The translations under genes and the position numbers were made by a program. Below, one piece after another: positions 58,613-64,000 of a DNA stretch of 64,000 bases. Position 1 is the first letter of the stretch. Each line of letters begins with the position of its first letter. The stretch comes from an uncultured Candidatus Babeliaceae bacterium. Its GTDB lineage: Bacteria > Babelota > Babeliae > Babelales > Babelaceae. Where the stretch lies: contig OY969927.1 in the NCBI GenBank assembly GCA_963704655.1, forward strand, positions 416,001 to 480,000. The letters are read 5' to 3'. The notes below the pieces were generated by a model. It saw only the letters and a program-made list of their open reading frames with translations. It was not told the DNA's origin and searched no databases.

Positions 58613-58900
58613 ATCACAGAATTTCTTTTTGGCGTACTCCGTAAGCAACTTAAAATCCCCTGTAATAAGTGCTTCTTTTTTCTTTCGGGTCCACCCTTTT
58701 AATTTTTGCTCAAGCTTAAAAGCTTCAGTGCGCTCTTCTAACGCTGCATGAAAAACTAATGTAACAGGCAATCTTGTTGAGGTATATCCGCAAATCATCT
58801 TATTTTGATGGTCTATAACACGCTTTTCAAGATCATCAGTTTGTCCAACATAATAAGAATCATCACTGCACTTTAAAATATAAACATAAAAATATTTCAT
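58580..58900 (-). CDS. GIY-YIG nuclease, UPF0213/YhbQ-like
   Basis: YVYILKCSDDSYYVGQTDDLEKRVIDH...LEQKLKGWTRKKKEALI; the stop codon lies inside a palindrome. Confidence 0.92.
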   Translation of the reverse strand: MKYFYVYILKCSDDSYYVGQTDDLEKRVIDHQNKMICGYTSTRLPVTLVFHAALEERTEAFKLEQKLKGWTRKKKEALITGDFKLLTEYAKKKFCDPVHPECSTKL

Positions 58901-58923
58901 ATAACTTGTTAGACATTAATAAT

Positions 58924-58975
58924 CGCTATCCTTCGATACATTCCCCCGCTGGGGGAACACTCAGGATGCACGGGG
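58924..58975. repeat. REP-like palindrome upstream of the GIY-YIG gene
   Basis: CGCTATCCTTCGATACATT-CCCCCGCTGGGGG-AACACTCAGGATGCACGG, a direct repeat of the 58554 copy with a different loop. Confidence 0.88.
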
Positions 58976-58984
58976 ATGGGGAAT

Positions 58985-59434
58985 TTATTCATAAACAGCG
59001 ACTTTAGCAGGGCGCAGGATAACTGTCCCCATGCGATAGCCTTTTTGCAATACCTGTGCAATAGCGCCAGAAACAGCCCCTTCAACTAACGGCGTTTGCA
59101 TAATCGCTTCATGTAAATTTGGGTCAAACTGGGTATTTTCGGTAATTTCAGTAACATTAAAGCGACTAAGTACCTTTTTAAATGCTTTATAGATAAGCTC
59201 AAATGCCGGGTTTGATATATCATGCTGTGCACGGTCAAAATCATCAACAATGTCGATCAATTGCGTCAAAACATCTGCTTGTGCAGCCTGTGACCACTGG
59301 CCACGTTGAGCTTCCATGCGCTTTCTATAGTTATCAAAATCAGCCTGCAAATAGGCATATTGTTGCCTACAGCGCACTAATTCGTCGTTATCGCGCACAA
59401 CTGTTTCTTGGTTAAGATTATTATTTTCTTCCAT
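58985..59434 (-). CDS. grpE: Nucleotide exchange factor GrpE
   Basis: LQADFDNYRKR, DDFDRA, FDPNLHEAI, QKGY...ILRPAKV. Confidence 0.95.
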   Translation of the reverse strand: MEENNNLNQETVVRDNDELVRCRQQYAYLQADFDNYRKRMEAQRGQWSQAAQADVLTQLIDIVDDFDRAQHDISNPAFELIYKAFKKVLSRFNVTEITENTQFDPNLHEAIMQTPLVEGAVSGAIAQVLQKGYRMGTVILRPAKVAVYE

Positions 59435-59501
59435 TAAAGACCTTTATTATGTATGATTTATCAACAATATTTTTATTAGTTTAACAAAAATATGAAAAGT
59501 A

Positions 59502-60383
59502 ATGAAAAAGTATCTATATCTTCTTATTATTGTATGCAGCTGGGCCGCACTGTATAGTTTTAATATCCCTAAGTTTTATCACGGCAGAATATTTTTAGAT
59601 GAACCCCGCTTTTCTGAAAAAGGGCTTTTTACTGCCGACATAACCGTAGCAGGCGGAACCAAGCATTTTAGGGCCAGGGGCTACAAAGGCCATTTAGAAT
59701 TTGCTGAAGCGATTTTACAAGGGTACCTGAATTTTAATAAAGGGATTTTTATTCATGCCTATATCCCCATCAGCTGGGTACGCATGAACGATGTCGAACG
59801 GTATGATCTTTCGGTTAAACCGCTGCCCCATTGCATCAAAAAAACTGATATCTATAGCCCGGGAATTTTTGCCGGCTGGACGGTAAACTATGAAGATACA
59901 AAATATCTTGACTATCTGGATGCAACATTTGAGCTGGGCATGCTTTTAAATACACCGAGACATGCCATAAATATACCCCTTTTTCCTATCGGCTATACAA
60001 CGCAACCTGGCTTTGCAGGAGCTGGTTATTTCTCGATGGGTGCCTATGAATGGCTCACGCTTGGAGCGTATACGCAGGCTATCAGTTTTCAACCTGCAAC
60101 CATCTGGAGCGCAGGAAGCTATCTTAAACTCGATCACCTGATACCTAAATTGTCTTTTATGGTAGCAGTATGCGGCGATGGGCAAAATAAACAGATTGAA
60201 TCTATAAGTCCGTGGCAGATGCTTTCAGTATACCTATCTTTTGAGGTTGACTTGGCCACCGATGATCGCCCTTGGTTGCCGCGCTTTAAAGCGCTCTATA
60301 GCAAGCCGGTTGCCGGGTATAATATCTTAAAGGCGGGGATGGGCGGTTTCACCGTTGGCGTCGACGCTCAAATCATTTTTTAA
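59502..60383 (+). CDS. Putative outer-membrane beta-barrel-like hypothetical protein
   Basis: Signal peptide, aromatic-rich alternating strands, terminal Phe. Confidence 0.6.
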   Translation: MKKYLYLLIIVCSWAALYSFNIPKFYHGRIFLDEPRFSEKGLFTADITVAGGTKHFRARGYKGHLEFAEAILQGYLNFNKGIFIHAYIPISWVRMNDVERYDLSVKPLPHCIKKTDIYSPGIFAGWTVNYEDTKYLDYLDATFELGMLLNTPRHAINIPLFPIGYTTQPGFAGAGYFSMGAYEWLTLGAYTQAISFQPATIWSAGSYLKLDHLIPKLSFMVAVCGDGQNKQIESISPWQMLSVYLSFEVDLATDDRPWLPRFKALYSKPVAGYNILKAGMGGFTVGVDAQIIF

Positions 60384-60794
60384 AAAATAATTGGTATATT
60401 CCAAGATAACATCAATTGCGTGCGTATACCGCGGATCTTTCTCGAAAAACTCTGGCAATGCTCTAAACCGCGTGTGTAAATGGTTAAAAAGTTGTCCAAA
60501 ACAGTTTATTTGTCTTTCTGCAAGCTGGTACCCACTCTCTTTAAGCTGCTGTACCTCTTTACATAATTTTAAAGTAGCTTGACACAGCTCATCATAAAAA
60601 AGGGCATGGTCCGTGATATGCTCATGCTCAGCCAATTCTAACAGTGACCAAACAGCAAGCGCTTCGTTGCTGACCTGTTTACTTATTACATCGGTGATAT
60701 CGCATAAAGAAAATAAAAAATTTCCCGAGATGAACACTAAAAATAGCGTTGAATGCTTAAAAAAAATTCCTATTAAAAAAACATACCTATTCAT
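60327..60794 (-). CDS. Hypothetical protein
   Basis: 155 aa with a hydrophobic N-terminus; overlaps the convergent gene by 57 nt. Confidence 0.55.
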   Translation of the reverse strand: MNRYVFLIGIFFKHSTLFLVFISGNFLFSLCDITDVISKQVSNEALAVWSLLELAEHEHITDHALFYDELCQATLKLCKEVQQLKESGYQLAERQINCFGQLFNHLHTRFRALPEFFEKDPRYTHAIDVILEYTNYFLKNDLSVDANGETAHPRL

Positions 60795-60915
60795 ATTTTT
60801 CTCATTTTTATATAAGTTATTACTTTCAGTATCGCCGAAAAATATTTAAATAGTCAATCAAACAAAGACTATTGCGGCGCAATGCCCTATTGTGTTATTT
60901 TGTATAGTAACAAAT

Positions 60916-60944
60916 AAAAAGGCCCGGAAATTCCGGGCCTTTTT
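60916..60944 (-). terminator. Intrinsic terminator after ssb
   Basis: AAAAAGGCCCGGAA-A-TTCCGGGCCTTTTT. Confidence 0.85.
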
Positions 60945-60989
60945 AAGTTTTTAAGAATTAAAGAAGCTAACATCACTTTCAATTCCCAA

Positions 60990-61016
60990 CCCTTCGACTA
61001 CGCTCAGGGCGAGCGG
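60990..61016. repeat. REP-like palindrome
   Basis: CCCTTCGACTACGCTCAGGGCGAGCGG. Confidence 0.75.
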
Positions 61017-61055
61017 TACTAGGAGGTCGTGAGTTATCAACAAGAAATTATGTAA

Positions 61056-61514
61056 CTAAAATGGTAATTCGTCATCAAATGGTGGTTCGTCTTTAAAGAC
61101 AGCGGCACCTTTAGTAGTTGCTCCAGTTGTTGGTGCAGAAGCATCAGAAAAACCTTCCATAGAAGTTGTCTCTGCTGCTTGTCCAGTACTAAGAAAGACA
61201 ACATTTTCAGCCATAATAGAATGTTTGCTGCGCATTTTGCCATCGGTAGCATCTTTCCAAGAATCAAACTTCAATCTGCCTTCGATAAGTACCGGTCTGC
61301 CTTTTTGCAAATACTGCGCACAGTTGTCTGCTTGAGGTCCCCAGACTACGATATCAACGTAACAAACTTCTTGAACAACGGCACCTGTTTGTCTGTTTTT
61401 ATATTGACGGTTAGATGCCAAGCTCATGCGGCACACATTTGCAGCGCCAACTTGTTTTAATTCTGGGTCACGGGTTAAGTTACCCACCATAACTACTTTA
61501 TTATATCCTGCCAT
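61056..61514 (-). CDS. ssb: Single-stranded DNA-binding protein
   Basis: NKVVMVGNLTRDPEL, YLQKGRPVLIEGRL, C-terminal DDELPF. Confidence 0.97.
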   Translation of the reverse strand: MAGYNKVVMVGNLTRDPELKQVGAANVCRMSLASNRQYKNRQTGAVVQEVCYVDIVVWGPQADNCAQYLQKGRPVLIEGRLKFDSWKDATDGKMRSKHSIMAENVVFLSTGQAAETTSMEGFSDASAPTTGATTKGAAVFKDEPPFDDELPF

Positions 61515-61516
61515 GC

Positions 61517-61891
61517 TTATGTTCCTTTTAAAAAGTTAAGAAGTTTTGTTAGATGATTTAAATTTTTTTGCGCTTCTGCCACCATGGCATGAGCCTCTTG
61601 CACACTTTGCTGTAATGCCTTGTGCGTAGCGCCAGAAAAAGAGCCTTTGGTGTCACCGTCAACAAGTTCCCGCATGCGATGCAAAAGCTGCTGCTGCGCC
61701 TGGGCCAAAAGCTGAATCTGCTCGGTGATTAAGTGCGCCAACTCTTCAAGTAAAACTCCAAGTTCTTCTTTAAGATGCCCAGAAGTCTTATGATACAAGG
61801 ATTTTTTAGAAACCACAAAAGTTTCTTCAGAATTTATCGGCATGCAAGAAAACATGGTGATAATAATTGCAAAATTAGTTACACGATTCAT
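61517..61891 (-). CDS. Hypothetical secreted coiled-coil protein
   Basis: 124 aa, packed between pgsA and ssb. Confidence 0.7.
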   Translation of the reverse strand: MNRVTNFAIIITMFSCMPINSEETFVVSKKSLYHKTSGHLKEELGVLLEELAHLITEQIQLLAQAQQQLLHRMRELVDGDTKGSFSGATHKALQQSVQEAHAMVAEAQKNLNHLTKLLNFLKGT

Positions 61892-61905
61892 GATAATTAT
61901 AAGAT

Positions 61906-62457
61906 TTACGGTTTATACACAATACGATATCCAACTTTAACATAATCGATAAGTGCATACAATGTAACCAGAGTTACTAGTATGGGCACAGCCGTTAAAA
62001 AAGTGGGAATCTGTAGTTCAGTATACCGCGTAAAAAAAAGAAGCAAACAGTAAAATACTTGAAATACCATGGCAACTTTGCCAGAAATGCGTGCCGCCGA
62101 CGGTTTATAATTGCACCAGGCCATTATAGTTGCACCAACAAACATAAGTATCTCTTTTGCCCAGAGAAAAATAATAAACCATGCAGGAACAATACCAGCA
62201 TACTTATACCAAAGCACCGTAAACGTACTCAGTATAAATAGTTTATCGGCTACCGGGTCAAGTAGCGCACCAAGAGCAGACTCTTGGTTAAACTTACGGG
62301 CAATATAGCCGTCAAGCACATCCGAAAATGCAGCTACGGCCGCCACGAAAGCCGCCAATAAAAAATAATTATTAAGTAATAGATAGATAATAGGCACAAC
62401 TAAAATAATGCGCGCGATAGTTATATACGTTGCAAAAGTTATTACAGGAAGCTTCAT
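61906..62457 (-). CDS. pgsA: CDP-alcohol phosphatidyltransferase (PgsA-like)
   Basis: SDVLDGYIARKFNQESALGALLDPVADK. Confidence 0.88.
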   Translation of the reverse strand: MKLPVITFATYITIARIILVVPIIYLLLNNYFLLAAFVAAVAAFSDVLDGYIARKFNQESALGALLDPVADKLFILSTFTVLWYKYAGIVPAWFIIFLWAKEILMFVGATIMAWCNYKPSAARISGKVAMVFQVFYCLLLFFTRYTELQIPTFLTAVPILVTLVTLYALIDYVKVGYRIVYKP

Positions 62458-63503
62458 GAAATTATTCCAGAAGCAACACAGCGGTCACCAGAATAAAGCA
62501 CGGCAAACTGCCCTGCTGCGATACCTTGGTCCTGCTCACTTAAAACTATATGTGCACGATTATCCGGAAGATAGGTAATAGTTGCCGGAATTTTTTTTGG
62601 CCCATGACGTAACTTTACCAAGAACTCTGACTTTTTATCTTCACCTGAAAGCCAGGCAAGATCTTCAACCTCAAACGTGTCCCGCTGCTTATCGGGCTCA
62701 TAATATTTTTTAGAGATATACACCGTATGGGTAGCCAAATCTTTTGACACAACATACCAAGGTCCACCAGCAAGCCCAATTCCCTGGCGCTGGCCAACTG
62801 TATAAAACCAAGCACCCTTATGTTTGCCCAAAATCGATTCTGTTTCAAATTCAACTAATTTTCCAGGATGCTCTCCAAGATGAAATTGCACAAACTCAGA
62901 AAATTTAAGTTTGCCTAAAAAACAGATCCCTTGAGAATCCTTACGGGCCTTATTGGGTAAATCAGCAGCATGCGCATAGTCGCGCAACTCGGGTTTTGTC
63001 ATACCCCCGATAGGGAAAAGCGCTTTTTGTAACTGTTTTTGTGAAAGACGGGCAAGGAAATAGGTCTGATCTTTTACTGCATCGGGTGACTGGTACAAAT
63101 AAGTAACCCCGTCAACTACCTGGGTTTGCGCATAATGGCCGGTAGCTATGGCATCAAATTGATCCGCAAACAGCTCATAAAAAGCACCAAATTTTACTTG
63201 CTGATTACACATGATATCTGGGTTTGGGGTTCGCCCCTTTTTTATCTCAGAAAGAGTATAAGAGACCACTCTGTCCCAATACTGTTTTTGAAAAGAAACA
63301 ACTTCAAGTTTAACATTAAGTTTTTCGCAGACAGCACGAACATAAACAAGATCTTCTTCCCAGGGACAAGTTCCCAGGAAAGCAAGTTCATCTTCTAACC
63401 AGATTTTAAGGTAAAAGGCGGTAACGGTATGCCCCTGCTGCACGAGCTTGTGCAAAGCAACAGAGCTATCCACCCCACCAGATATAAGCATTGCGATATT
63501 CAT
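62454..63503 (-). CDS. mnmA: tRNA 2-thiouridylase
   Basis: SGGVDSS, GRTPNPDIMCN, ATGHYA, KDQTYFL, KDSQGICF, TVGQRQG. Start set at MNIAML. Confidence 0.96.
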   Translation of the reverse strand: MNIAMLISGGVDSSVALHKLVQQGHTVTAFYLKIWLEDELAFLGTCPWEEDLVYVRAVCEKLNVKLEVVSFQKQYWDRVVSYTLSEIKKGRTPNPDIMCNQQVKFGAFYELFADQFDAIATGHYAQTQVVDGVTYLYQSPDAVKDQTYFLARLSQKQLQKALFPIGGMTKPELRDYAHAADLPNKARKDSQGICFLGKLKFSEFVQFHLGEHPGKLVEFETESILGKHKGAWFYTVGQRQGIGLAGGPWYVVSKDLATHTVYISKKYYEPDKQRDTFEVEDLAWLSGEDKKSEFLVKLRHGPKKIPATITYLPDNRAHIVLSEQDQGIAAGQFAVLYSGDRCVASGIIS

Positions 63504-63631
63504 AGTGCTTTTAGTATAGCAGATTATGCAAAAAAGACGAACCACGACATAATTGAAGTATTGCAAATAGAAATTTATATAAACTATACTTAAAGTAAAT
63601 AGTTAATTATAAAAACAAAAGGGGCACTCAT

Positions 63632-64000
63632 ATGATAAATTGGCACCATTTAATTACTCTGGGTTTATTGTTAATGCCCCTGCTGCAAGCAATCGAAGTC
63701 CCCATTGTGCCGGATATTAATTATCTGCATCAAAGTAAGGATATGGTAAATAATGCATTATTAAACAAGCAACCGGTACCATCTGAAAAAGAACTTGCAG
63801 ATTTACGTGACTACCTGGTTAAAATTGCATTTCATATGACGCCTGCAACCCAAAATGATCGAAAAATACTCAATCTAGCAAAATATATGTTAGCGTTCAT
63901 GATGATAAATGGCTTGGGTGGCCCTCTATATCCTGATGATGCAGTTACCATGCTAGAAGAGATTCTTAACAGCTATTCTCATAATCCAAACGATTTTGAT
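63632..64000 (+). CDS. Secreted Sel1-like repeat protein (partial)
   Basis: AGGGG RBS; signal peptide MINWHHLITLGLLLMPLLQA; AKYMLAFMMINGLGGPLYPDDAVTML; open to the window end. Confidence 0.65.
   Translation, partial: MINWHHLITLGLLLMPLLQAIEVPIVPDINYLHQSKDMVNNALLNKQPVPSEKELADLRDYLVKIAFHMTPATQNDRKILNLAKYMLAFMMINGLGGPLYPDDAVTMLEEILNSYSHNPNDFD

Overview
This is an AT-rich bacterial chromosome window. The gene content suggests an obligate protist-associated bacterium, most likely Ca. Dependentiae/Babelota (TM6); that assignment is inference. The pointers are many signal-peptide orphan genes, ankyrin, WD40 and Sel1 proteins, a cPLA2-like lipase, SpoVG, and ACP beside a degenerate FabD. Housekeeping genes include hspR-htpX, alr, maf, hss, tRNA-Gln, spoVG, rsmH, murF, ftsK, acpP, gltX, rpmF, dprA, gyrA (frameshifted as assembled), lepA, grpE, ssb, pgsA and mnmA. 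Five things stand out. (1) A tandem array of four paralogous beta-barrel-like outer-membrane genes plus a relic fifth; two carry long (CxxX)n Cys/Asn/Ser tracts and 5' leaders with an orphan GAAAGGAGG. (2) A small GIY-YIG nuclease gene wrapped in REP-like palindromes, lying between grpE and a synonymously recoded duplicate of the grpE 3' end. (3) The same palindrome families dispersed across the window, nested inside each other and inserted in frame into hss and dprA. (4) Repeated orphan 3'-end duplications (grpE, dprA, OMP, tRNA-Gln downstream region) flanking acquired genes. (5) Candidate host-directed effectors: WD40 plus SOCS-like box, and secreted DUF4258 and ART-like proteins. All calls come from reading the sequence and ORF track; no searches were run.
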